Shown: positions 28,035 through 36,708 of the stretch, one piece after another
Layout: every line of letters starts with the position of its first letter
Numbering within the stretch: the first letter of the stretch is position 1
Assembly: GCA_040260805.1 (NCBI GenBank)
Contig: JBDQPD010000008.1
Coordinates: 1-51,670 of the forward strand
Direction: 5' to 3'
Source: Myxococcota bacterium
GTDB taxonomy: Bacteria > Myxococcota > UBA4151
DNA: 51,670 nt
Position numbers and translations under genes: made by a program
The notes under the pieces: generated by a model
The model's database searches: none
Seen by the model: only the letters and a program-made list of their open reading frames with translations
Told to the model about the DNA's origin: nothing

Positions 28035-29414
28035 ATGTTCGCAACTCATTATCGCTTGATGCTCGTCTTAGGTTGTTCTGCGTGCGCGCCGACACCCAGT
28101 GATTGGGGTGGCGCGAAGAGTGTTTATGTCGAGCGCTGTGAGGGCGCCACGTGCGCGACCGGTAACGAGTGCAAAGGTGAGTGGTGCCTCAAACCCGAGG
28201 CTGCTGGGGCAGACTATGTCCCGCAGCTGCGCTGCGGTGACGGCTTGCAGCAGCGCTGGGAGCCGTGTGACGATGGCAACCAAGGCAACGCTGACGATTG
28301 CGTCGAAGGGTGCCGCCTCGCTCGCTGCGGCGATGGGTTCTTGCGGCAAAATCGAACGATTCATGACCCCGACTACGAAGCCTGTGATGATGGAAACCTT
28401 GATGAAACCGATGGTTGCTTGAGCACCTGCCGCACGGCGCGGTGCGGGGATGGCCACCTTCGCGTCGATCTGGGTGTTGGCGATGAGGGCTACGAACATT
28501 GCGATGATGGCAACCGCTCAGACCGGGATGACTGCGTCAATTGTGAGCTTGCACGTTGCGGCGACGGCAGGGTTCACGAGGGCATTGAAGCGTGCGACGA
28601 CGGTAACGATCAATGGGATGACGGCTGCGTCGCAGACTGTGAGCCAGCGCGTTGCGGCGACGGTCATGTCCGGACGGATAAGATACCCGGTGATTTGGGG
28701 TACGAGCATTGCGATGACGGCAATCAAGACGCTGGCGATGACTGCGGAAACGATTGCTACCCCAACACCTTGCCCTCGGGACTCGGCAGCGGCCCCGAGG
28801 ACTTAGGACATCAGTGCGCGCAGATTCGCTCGGCTCATCCCGAGGCACCTAGCGGAGTGTACTGGGTTGACTTGGACGGTATGAGGCCGATGCCCCCGAT
28901 GCAGATCCATTGCGATATGGAGACGGATGGAGGCGGCTTCTCGCGTCTGATTCTGCTGCAAAGCGACCTGATGCTTTGGAACGCTTGGACGGATGGCTTG
29001 ATCGGTCAAAGCGAGGGCCAAGCCCCTTTTGGAATCGCTCTTGAGCGCTTGGGCGTTCCGGCGACTGAGCTTGAGTTTTATCTGGTTCGAGATGGGGTGC
29101 GCGTCACCCCGGTCTTTAGCGGTGTGCCCGAGTCAGCTTGGAATCCTTCCATCAACGATGAGCCGATGCAGGGTACCCTAAGTTATCGTCAGCCAGGTGA
29201 GGCGCCCCAGACCTGTCCTGAACCGCTTGCTCATGCCGGTGATCATTGGAACTGGAGCTTTGCTTCGGCGAGCGGTTGCGCCGCACCGGGGGCAGCAGGG
29301 GCTGTGATTCTAGGCGACCTGGAGGGGCCACTGGTGGAGTCGGCGACCGCACTCCAGGCGCCCCAAGAGGCTCAGGCGGTTGCCTTTGAGACCCTTGAGG
29401 TGTGGTTGCGATGA
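28035..29414 (+). CDS. Paralogous lipoprotein with 5 Cys-rich repeats and a fibrinogen-like head
   Basis: GAGGAG RBS then ATG 28035; CGDG repeats; SGVYWVD..HCDMETDGGGF; HWNWS; ends LEVWLR. Confidence 0.8.
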   Translation: MFATHYRLMLVLGCSACAPTPSDWGGAKSVYVERCEGATCATGNECKGEWCLKPEAAGADYVPQLRCGDGLQQRWEPCDDGNQGNADDCVEGCRLARCGDGFLRQNRTIHDPDYEACDDGNLDETDGCLSTCRTARCGDGHLRVDLGVGDEGYEHCDDGNRSDRDDCVNCELARCGDGRVHEGIEACDDGNDQWDDGCVADCEPARCGDGHVRTDKIPGDLGYEHCDDGNQDAGDDCGNDCYPNTLPSGLGSGPEDLGHQCAQIRSAHPEAPSGVYWVDLDGMRPMPPMQIHCDMETDGGGFSRLILLQSDLMLWNAWTDGLIGQSEGQAPFGIALERLGVPATELEFYLVRDGVRVTPVFSGVPESAWNPSINDEPMQGTLSYRQPGEAPQTCPEPLAHAGDHWNWSFASASGCAAPGAAGAVILGDLEGPLVESATALQAPQEAQAVAFETLEVWLR

Positions 29415-31198
29415 TCGCTTTGATGATGACCTCTTTGGTGCTCGCCGACTTTGAACTCGGCGAGTTTCAAATGACCGGAAGTTCAACCGATGTAGCCTAT
29501 CTTGGCCTGCACGGTGCGCCTGCATCTGCCGATGAGAGTAAGGCGCTAACCCAAACCTTATCGGCGTCTGTTCGCAAAGCGGGCTGGCGGTTACGCCCTG
29601 TGACCCGCAGCCAGCCAGCGGTCGATGACGTGACGCAACAGCAAGCCCTCGAGCTCGAGCTCGTATTGGGTTTGACCGATCAGGCCGCGCGTCGTGCCGA
29701 AGGCATCTTAAGATTGCATTTAGGGCGCCCGAGCACCCTTTTGAGGAGCCATCAGCGAAGCTGCCGTTTGTTGTACGCAGCGGCGGCAGCGTTTGATCAA
29801 AACGCAGCGCTCAAAACACGAGACCTCATGCTCGGAGGATTAGCCGGCTGCGCTGAAAAGGATCTGATCGGTCTAGCCTGGTCGAGCGCTCGGTTGGTCA
29901 AAGCTTGGCGGGCGGTGCAGCGACAAGGTGAGGCGGACATCACGATGACCGCTGGGGTTCCCGGCGCTCAGGTTTACGTCGACGGTCTTTTGCTTGGCGC
30001 CTTGCCGGTGACCTTGCGCGCCGTCCCTGCGGGGCGGCACCAAATCCAGCTGCTGAGCGGTGGAGCCGGTCATGCCTTTGAGATAGAGCTTAAAGCCGGT
30101 GACCAAAATACGGTCCAGATCGTCGAGCCCCAGCCTGGCTTGGCGGGTCTAGCGGATGGGCTCGTCGAGCCCGCCGATGTGGTGGCGCTTCACAAGAATC
30201 TCCCCCGCGGCGTTCGTCGCGGCCTGATCGTCCTTCGTAACCGCCGCGGCGCCTACACCGCTTTGGTGCTGGGCAAGCGAGGCGTAGCAACGCTTCAGGC
30301 AGAGTCTTCAGAAGCCCTCGGCGCAGGGATGAAGCGCTTACTCAAACGACTCAAGCCGGTTCCCAAAGATGGACTTCGCCTCCCCGGTGTCAGCCCCTCC
30401 GAAGGGGTCCCTGAGCGAGCCTTTGAGCCCTTGCGCGCCGCCGCCGCAAACGATGAGCTGCCAGCCCCGTCGGCTCAGCTGGTTGAGGGAATGGTCGAGT
30501 ATGGGACCAAGGTTACCGGCAAATCGCCGGACGCGCTGCGCGCCTTGATTCAGGCGAGTCAAAGCGGCGGCGCCTGGCGTGCTCAGACCGGCTTAGGCAT
30601 GGTCTTGGGTGACCTTGAATGGAGCGAGTCGAGCCAGGGAGCTTTAGGTGGCGGGGTCACTGGATTGTGGCTCGGTCCGATCGCTCCTGTTCGTCATCTT
30701 TGGTACGCTGTGGGCGCACGCCTTCACGCTGGCGGAGCAGGCGCAGAGCCCGATGGTGAGGGGTGGGACCCGATGACCTACCCGGTGGATCCGATCACGG
30801 CTGCCGAGCCGAGCCTGGAAGAGCGAATTCGGGTCGAAGGGCACGGTATGGTTGGCGCAGAGGCGATTTTGGGTGCGGGGTTTAGTTTGGGTCCACACGG
30901 TCATGTGCTGCTGCTGGGCGAGGCGGGTTGGCGACAGACCACCTCGGACTTGATCCATGAACAATATGTTCAAGGTGACGCAAGCTCGACACAGCAGCTT
31001 CGGAGCACGGGTGAGTTCAACTGGGCTGGTCTGCGCTTGGGCGGCCGTTTGATGTATGTGCACCAGATCAAGAGCTGGCAGGTCGGTGGTTCGATGGCTT
31101 GGTCTCAGACCAACTTCCCACCGGCCGAGCTTGATCTGATCATTCCAGCCTCGAGTCAGAGCCTGCGCGCAGGTCTGCTCTTTGGGCGCCGTTTCTAG
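29411..31198 (+). CDS. Paralogous PEGA-domain protein with C-terminal beta-barrel
   Basis: ATGA overlap; VPGAQVYVDG..G.LP..VPAGRH PEGA; L.ER.RV and L.HEQY shared with 25736; ends GLLFGRRF. Confidence 0.72.
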   Translation: MIALMMTSLVLADFELGEFQMTGSSTDVAYLGLHGAPASADESKALTQTLSASVRKAGWRLRPVTRSQPAVDDVTQQQALELELVLGLTDQAARRAEGILRLHLGRPSTLLRSHQRSCRLLYAAAAAFDQNAALKTRDLMLGGLAGCAEKDLIGLAWSSARLVKAWRAVQRQGEADITMTAGVPGAQVYVDGLLLGALPVTLRAVPAGRHQIQLLSGGAGHAFEIELKAGDQNTVQIVEPQPGLAGLADGLVEPADVVALHKNLPRGVRRGLIVLRNRRGAYTALVLGKRGVATLQAESSEALGAGMKRLLKRLKPVPKDGLRLPGVSPSEGVPERAFEPLRAAAANDELPAPSAQLVEGMVEYGTKVTGKSPDALRALIQASQSGGAWRAQTGLGMVLGDLEWSESSQGALGGGVTGLWLGPIAPVRHLWYAVGARLHAGGAGAEPDGEGWDPMTYPVDPITAAEPSLEERIRVEGHGMVGAEAILGAGFSLGPHGHVLLLGEAGWRQTTSDLIHEQYVQGDASSTQQLRSTGEFNWAGLRLGGRLMYVHQIKSWQVGGSMAWSQTNFPPAELDLIIPASSQSLRAGLLFGRRF

Positions 31199-31256
31199 CG
31201 TTTGATGGCGGTCCGTGCTTAGCTCTGACGGCATTCAATGCTGCGCGGAGCCGTTC

Positions 31257-32513
31257 ATGCGATATCTTGCCTTAGCGCTTCTTTTTATGGGCTGTTCAGA
31301 GCCTGAGTCACCCCAGGTTGGCTTTGGTATTCTCGGTGAGAATTGCAACGAGACGGCTCCTTGCGCCGAGGGCTTGAGCTGCCGAGGCGGATTGTGCCTA
31401 GCGGAAGCTCGTGACGCTGGGCCTGCAGTTGTTGATGCTGGTGAGCCCATTGAGGATTCCGGCGCAGTGCCAGCAGATACGGGCCCTGCGCCCGCTGAAG
31501 ATGCCGGCGCAGAGCGCAATGTCGAGATCACCTTGAACCGGCCCGGAGATGGTCTGTCGATCGAGGAAGGTGACCGTATCGACGCCGTTGCCGAGCTCTC
31601 AGGAGACGATTTTGACGGGCTCGAGGTGCGCTGGAGCAGCTCTCTTGATGGAGCCTTAGGGGTCGATCAGGTCTCGCCCATGGGGCGCGTCCTTCGGAGC
31701 ATCACCTTGTCTGAGCGTGGTATCCACGATCTGATCGTTGAGGTGCTCGATGGTGATGAGGTCCTCGCTCGAGACTCAGTTCGTGTGGGCGTCTGCGGTT
31801 GGCAGATGATCGGTGATTTCGAGCAAGATTTGGAAGGGTGGCAGCGCTTTGGTGACGCCAGCCGTGACCGACGAGGCTGGCTCGAGCTCACGGGCAACGA
31901 GCGCGGCCGTAAAGGCGCTATTTACAAGGTGAGCGAGAGCATTGAGCCCGGTGACGTGCGGTTGGCCTTTCGGATCAGCACCGGCCAATGCGACGACCCG
32001 GGTGTGTGCAACTTTGATGCGAGCGCAGCAGCCGATGGTTTTGCCATGAACATCTGGGATGTCGATTCGCCTGAAGCTCTTGGTGACCTCTTTGACGTCG
32101 CTCGCTCCGGCGGCGGTTTAGCCTATGGAGTCGGCGGACCCTACGGTGATTTTGAGGGCAACGCGTTCCATATTGAATTCGACACGTGGTATAATCAGTT
32201 CAACGGCGGCAACGAGTTTCACACCGACCCGACGCGTCAAAACCACGTCGCCGTGACCTTAGATGGCAACCCCGGAAACCACGTCGCGTTTGCTGAGGCT
32301 CCAACCCTTGAAGACAATCAATGGCACGAGGTCGAGCTGGTGATCGATGGCGACCGTGTGCGGGTCGAGCTCGACGGCCAGTCGGTGATCGATCAGCGGG
32401 TTCAGGGCTTGGACTTTAAAGGCGGCTACATCGGTTTTAGTGGCACCACGGGGTTCTACACCAATTATCATCGTTTTGATGAGCTGCGCACCCGCCCGGC
32501 TTGCCAGCCTTAG
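31257..32513 (+). CDS. L-type (legume) lectin domain lipoprotein with Ig-like domain
   Basis: Lipobox FMGC; small Cys module; DAG linker; W.SSLDG Ig-like segment; ADGFA, IEFDTW.N, NHVAV, WH.V, GYIGFSGTTG lectin motifs. Confidence 0.8.
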   Translation: MRYLALALLFMGCSEPESPQVGFGILGENCNETAPCAEGLSCRGGLCLAEARDAGPAVVDAGEPIEDSGAVPADTGPAPAEDAGAERNVEITLNRPGDGLSIEEGDRIDAVAELSGDDFDGLEVRWSSSLDGALGVDQVSPMGRVLRSITLSERGIHDLIVEVLDGDEVLARDSVRVGVCGWQMIGDFEQDLEGWQRFGDASRDRRGWLELTGNERGRKGAIYKVSESIEPGDVRLAFRISTGQCDDPGVCNFDASAAADGFAMNIWDVDSPEALGDLFDVARSGGGLAYGVGGPYGDFEGNAFHIEFDTWYNQFNGGNEFHTDPTRQNHVAVTLDGNPGNHVAFAEAPTLEDNQWHEVELVIDGDRVRVELDGQSVIDQRVQGLDFKGGYIGFSGTTGFYTNYHRFDELRTRPACQP

Positions 32514-32514
32514 G

Positions 32515-33396
32515 TTAGGGCAGAACGCCGCTCAGCGCGTCGGCGTTTTTGATCCAGATCTCAGCGTAAGCCTTGGTGCGGCGATCGCCTCGATCGCTCT
32601 GCCAACGACCGACCGCAAAATTACCCGCCACCACCTGGTCGCGCTCGCTACCAATCCCGATGTACGAGTCGGGCGTGTGGCAGTCGTCTTGCTCATTCCC
32701 GAGCAAACCAAACCGGAGCTTCGAGCGAATGTTGATGCCTTCAGCGTTGCAGTTCGGTTGCAGTGAGGTCAGCGGGATCAGCTCTCGCCAGCGGTCACGC
32801 CCGAAGCCGGTCTCGATCTCGTCGCCACGGACCATCAGCCTGCGCATGCTCGTGTTGCCCACGTCCATTGATAAGTAGCGCGTCTCTCCGTCGCCCTCTT
32901 CGGCTTCGGCGTCGACGCGCATGCCGATTCGAATGCTCGTGAAGGGGAGCATCGAGTAGCCATGGTTCTTCATTTGACCCTCGCCGGGGGCGGTGTCTTC
33001 TTCATTGAGTACCAGCTGGTTGACCCAGATCGCCTCATCGTATTTGAAGGTCGTTTCGTTGCCATCGATCTTAACGATCAGCGTCCAAGGCCCGTCGTCG
33101 GCGTCGAGGTCGCAGTAGGCGGCGAAGGCGTTGTCCGTTGAGCCGCCGATGGGGTTGAGCCAGTAGGTGTCGCTGGGGAGGTCGGGAAACTCTTCGGAGA
33201 GCGTCTCGCAGCTCAACGCCGCTTGGTCAGGGCTTTCTCCGTTGCCCGGGAGCAAGACGCTCGAAGCGTCGAGAGGCTGGCTCGTATCGGCGACAAGGCC
33301 GGCGTCGACCACCGGCGCAGGTGCGGGTGTCTCGGGCTCGGGTTCGCTGCAACCGAAGCAAAGAGTAAACAGAACTGCGTAGACGGGCCTTTGCAT
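32515..33396 (-). CDS. Fibrinogen-like-domain lipoprotein (USOMP5-like head)
   Basis: ATG 33396, lipobox CFGC, ALSC..L..SDTYWL..YCDL...GPWTLIVKIDG, SLQPNCNAEG.N, GNEQDDC..PDS.IG.G. Confidence 0.7.
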   Translation of the reverse strand: MQRPVYAVLFTLCFGCSEPEPETPAPAPVVDAGLVADTSQPLDASSVLLPGNGESPDQAALSCETLSEEFPDLPSDTYWLNPIGGSTDNAFAAYCDLDADDGPWTLIVKIDGNETTFKYDEAIWVNQLVLNEEDTAPGEGQMKNHGYSMLPFTSIRIGMRVDAEAEEGDGETRYLSMDVGNTSMRRLMVRGDEIETGFGRDRWRELIPLTSLQPNCNAEGINIRSKLRFGLLGNEQDDCHTPDSYIGIGSERDQVVAGNFAVGRWQSDRGDRRTKAYAEIWIKNADALSGVLP

Positions 33397-33446
33397 GGTG
33401 GGAGATCTAGTCCAAACGCGACCCAGGCGCCAGGTGGAGCGATGAT

Positions 33447-34385
33447 TTGTTGGATGCACAGAGTCTGTTTGTTCCGGTCGGCAGCACGGCGCGTTTGCAT
33501 CTGCGGCATTTCCCGGGGTCGGGGTCGCCCGCATTTTTGGTTCATGGAGCGATCGAAAATGGGCGAATATTTTACTCGCAGACGGGCAAGGGCTTAGCGC
33601 CTTATCTTCAGCAACTAGGCTATGATGTGTACGTCTTAGACCAGCGCGGGCGAGGCTTGAGCGTGCCCGCTGCTGACCGTTCTGCCGATTACGGTCAGCT
33701 CGAGAGTATCACTGAAGATCTCCCTGCGGTCGCTGCCTTTATCCAAGCGCGCCGGCCAGGCCATCAACAGGTCTGGATCAGCCACTCTTGGGGCGGGGTG
33801 TTGCAGATGTCTTGTTTGGCGCGGCATCCCCAATTGATCGAGCAGGTCGCCGCTTTGGTTCATTTTGCCGTCAAGCGATCGATCTCGGTTTGGAGCCTTG
33901 AGCGGTTGACGAAACTTGAGTTGGGTTGGAAGCGTTTGTTCCCTTTGGTCAGCGCGATGCTTGGCTATCTACCCGCTCATCGCCTCGGCGTGGGGTCTGA
34001 CGTCGAGACGCGCCAAAGCTTGAGGGCGAGCAACCGCTGGGTTCGGCCGGGACCTTGGGTGGATCCTGATGACGGCTTTGATTATGCCGCCGCCGCCGAG
34101 TCGGTTGAGTTTCCGCCTTCGTTTTGGCTGACTGGCGCTCAGGACCGACTGCTTGGACACCCTCAGGACGTCCGAGTGTTTATGCGAGAGTGCCAATTGA
34201 ATGAGGGCTCATTCATTGTGGTCGGTCGGGCGCAAGGCGCGCAACGAGATTACGACCACATCAACCTGATGACGCACCCATCAGCGCGGGAGGATCATTT
34301 TCCTCGGGTTGCGGCCTGGCTAAGTGCGATCGAAGGGGTTAGCGTGAGTGAGGATTCATTCACTGTTGAGGGAGACACCCCGTGA
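33447..34385 (+). CDS. Alpha/beta-fold hydrolase
   Basis: LVHG, DQRGRGLS, SHSWGG nucleophile elbow, D..L and YDHINL catalytic His region. Confidence 0.85.
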   Translation: MLDAQSLFVPVGSTARLHLRHFPGSGSPAFLVHGAIENGRIFYSQTGKGLAPYLQQLGYDVYVLDQRGRGLSVPAADRSADYGQLESITEDLPAVAAFIQARRPGHQQVWISHSWGGVLQMSCLARHPQLIEQVAALVHFAVKRSISVWSLERLTKLELGWKRLFPLVSAMLGYLPAHRLGVGSDVETRQSLRASNRWVRPGPWVDPDDGFDYAAAAESVEFPPSFWLTGAQDRLLGHPQDVRVFMRECQLNEGSFIVVGRAQGAQRDYDHINLMTHPSAREDHFPRVAAWLSAIEGVSVSEDSFTVEGDTP

Positions 34386-35365
34386 TCGACCAGTTTCTAG
34401 AGCAAACAGGAGCGCAGATTCCGTTGATCTGCGGCGCCATGTATCCGTGCTCGAATCCAGAACTGATCGCGGCGGTCTCGGGCGCCGGTGGAATCGGCGT
34501 GATTCAGCCGATCTCGATGAGCTACGTGCATGGGCATGACCTGCGTGAGGGGATTCGGATGATCCAGTCGATGACCCCAAACCCGCTGGGGTTTAACGCG
34601 CTGATTGAGAAGAGCGTTAGCGCCTACGAAGAGCGCATGAAAATGTGGATTGATATCGCCTTAGAAGAGGGCGTCCGCTTCTTCATTACGGCGCTCGGCA
34701 ACCCCCGGTGGGTGGTCGATAAAGTGCACGCGGTGGGCGGCGTCGTGTACCATGACGTGACCGAGCGAAAATGGGCGCTCAAAGCCCTTGATGGGGGCGT
34801 AGACGGGCTGATTTGTGTTAACGGACGAGCCGGTGGTCACGCTGGGACGCACAACCCACGCGCGCTGTACGAGAGCATGAGTGACCTTGGGGTCCCTTTG
34901 GTCTGCGCGGGCGGCATCGGTGATGAAGCGGGCTACGTGGAGGCGCTCAAGCAAGGCTATGGAGCCGTTCAAATGGGGACCCGTTTTATCGCCACTCAAG
35001 AGTGCCGCGCCCACAACGACTACAAGAACGCCATTGTCGAGGCTCGCGCCGAGGACATCGTCCTCACAACCAGGATCTCAGGTGTGCCCGTAGCCGTCAT
35101 TAATACGCCCTATATTGAGCGCACCGGCACCGAGACGGGCTGGTTGGCTCGTAAGATGCTGCAACACCGCAAAGCGAAGCATTGGATGCGGACGTACTAC
35201 GCAGCCAAAAGCATCATCCAGCTCAAGAAGGCGAGCCTTAAGGGGCTCAACTACAAGGACTTCTTTCAGGCTGGTCAAAGCGTGGATGGGATCGATGAGA
35301 TCGAGCCCGCTGCAGCGATTGTCGAGCGCTACGCAGGCGCAGCCCGTCAAGCCGAGTTGATCTAA
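34382..35365 (+). CDS. Nitronate monooxygenase / FabK-like flavin oxidoreductase
   Basis: PLICGAM, AVSGAGGIG, AGGHAG, AGGIG, VQMGTRFIAT.E, AGQSV; GGAG RBS and GTGA overlap. Confidence 0.88.
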   Translation: MIDQFLEQTGAQIPLICGAMYPCSNPELIAAVSGAGGIGVIQPISMSYVHGHDLREGIRMIQSMTPNPLGFNALIEKSVSAYEERMKMWIDIALEEGVRFFITALGNPRWVVDKVHAVGGVVYHDVTERKWALKALDGGVDGLICVNGRAGGHAGTHNPRALYESMSDLGVPLVCAGGIGDEAGYVEALKQGYGAVQMGTRFIATQECRAHNDYKNAIVEARAEDIVLTTRISGVPVAVINTPYIERTGTETGWLARKMLQHRKAKHWMRTYYAAKSIIQLKKASLKGLNYKDFFQAGQSVDGIDEIEPAAAIVERYAGAARQAELI

Positions 35366-36075
35366 AATACCCGCAGCGCCGAATCGGCGATGACCCACAT
35401 GTGAACGCCCAGATGAGCGATCACCGTGAGATGAAAAATCTCATGGTAGCCAAAGTATTTAGCGTCCTTTCCAGGCCAAGCCATGGCGTAAAGGACCGCG
35501 CCCACGCTCAGGGCAATGCCGGTCCCGAGCATGGTCAAGATGGCGGCGCGACCGATAAAGGTCTGCAGCTCTTGGTAGATCAACATACCCGACCAGCTCA
35601 TACCGACGTACAGGACGACGCTGAGCATTCGCGGCGCCATCACCCAAACCAGCTTAAAGAACCCACCGCACACGGCGGTGATCCAAAAGGCGGCGACCAA
35701 GGTTTGTGACAAGGGTGATTTGAGCAGCAGCACGGCGTAACCGGTGTAGATACCGGCGATGCAGACGAAGATCATGGTGTGATCGACGCGGCGCATCCAC
35801 ACCCGCACTTCCGGGTGCCAATTGATCGTGTGGTAGGCTCCCGAGACCGCAAAGAGCATCGTGATCCCACCTAAGCTCATAAACCCAGCGAGCCAGCTAA
35901 CCCCTGGATCAGAGCGCCACAAGATCACTGCGGTGAAGGCGAAGCTCAGGACCGCTGCGTATTTGTGACTTTGACCACGCAGTAAGGGTTTGGATTCTGG
36001 ATCGCCCATCGCTTCGGCGAGCGCTCGATTTTGCTCGGCAATAGTCTTGCTTAGTTCAGCGTGCTGCGCGTTCAT
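35362..36075 (-). CDS. Second hemolysin III / PAQR family protein
   Basis: KPLLRGQSH, SGAYH, RRVDHTMIF, FGYHEIFH motifs. Confidence 0.88.
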   Translation of the reverse strand: MNAQHAELSKTIAEQNRALAEAMGDPESKPLLRGQSHKYAAVLSFAFTAVILWRSDPGVSWLAGFMSLGGITMLFAVSGAYHTINWHPEVRVWMRRVDHTMIFVCIAGIYTGYAVLLLKSPLSQTLVAAFWITAVCGGFFKLVWVMAPRMLSVVLYVGMSWSGMLIYQELQTFIGRAAILTMLGTGIALSVGAVLYAMAWPGKDAKYFGYHEIFHLTVIAHLGVHMWVIADSALRVF

Positions 36076-36150
36076 ACTGCCAAGCTAAGCCGCGTCGTCT
36101 AAGGACGCCATTTCTTGTCAAAAATAGTGGGCGGCTCGATGGAGATTTTC

Positions 36151-36645
36151 ATGCGCATGATTCTGATTTTTACGATGCTGCTGAATGGATGTGGGTCATC
36201 AGGTGGGGACAACCTACCCTGCACCTCTGAGGATTGCGGCCCTGGCCCACGTCTGAAGCTCACCGCACAGGACAGTTTTGGTCATATTCAGTGCACCGGC
36301 GATGCCAGCGATTGTGTCCTTGATTTCGGCGTTTTGTCGCCGGGGCTGTCAGCCGAAAGTTGGACCGACATGGAAAACGTCGGTGATGCGACCCTGCGCT
36401 TGAGCGCACTCTTAGTGACCGACCCGATCTTCGAAGTTCGCCATCCAGCGGTAGAGTTAGAGCCTGGAGAGGTGCTGAGCTTTCGGATCAGAGTGCGTCT
36501 GGATGCAGCCAACCAAGCGCAGGAAGCCGAGCTCTATTTTGACAGCGATGCGGTGAACGGAGCAGCGGTCGAGAGTGGCTGCCCTGAGGGAGCCTACGGC
36601 TGCGGCCGGATCACCGTGAAGCTGCGCGCACGAAGCGATTCTTGA
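36151..36645 (+). CDS. Lipoprotein with ASH/choice-of-anchor-D-like Ig domain
   Basis: GGAG RBS, lipobox LNGC, LDFG.L, NVGDATL.L, L.PGE, SD..N pattern. Confidence 0.6.
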   Translation: MRMILIFTMLLNGCGSSGGDNLPCTSEDCGPGPRLKLTAQDSFGHIQCTGDASDCVLDFGVLSPGLSAESWTDMENVGDATLRLSALLVTDPIFEVRHPAVELEPGEVLSFRIRVRLDAANQAQEAELYFDSDAVNGAAVESGCPEGAYGCGRITVKLRARSDS

Positions 36646-36708
36646 CGAGCGTGTTGAATGCGCGACTAGAACGTGTTTCAAGCCACCCACCGTTGATCAG
36701 GAGTCGCC

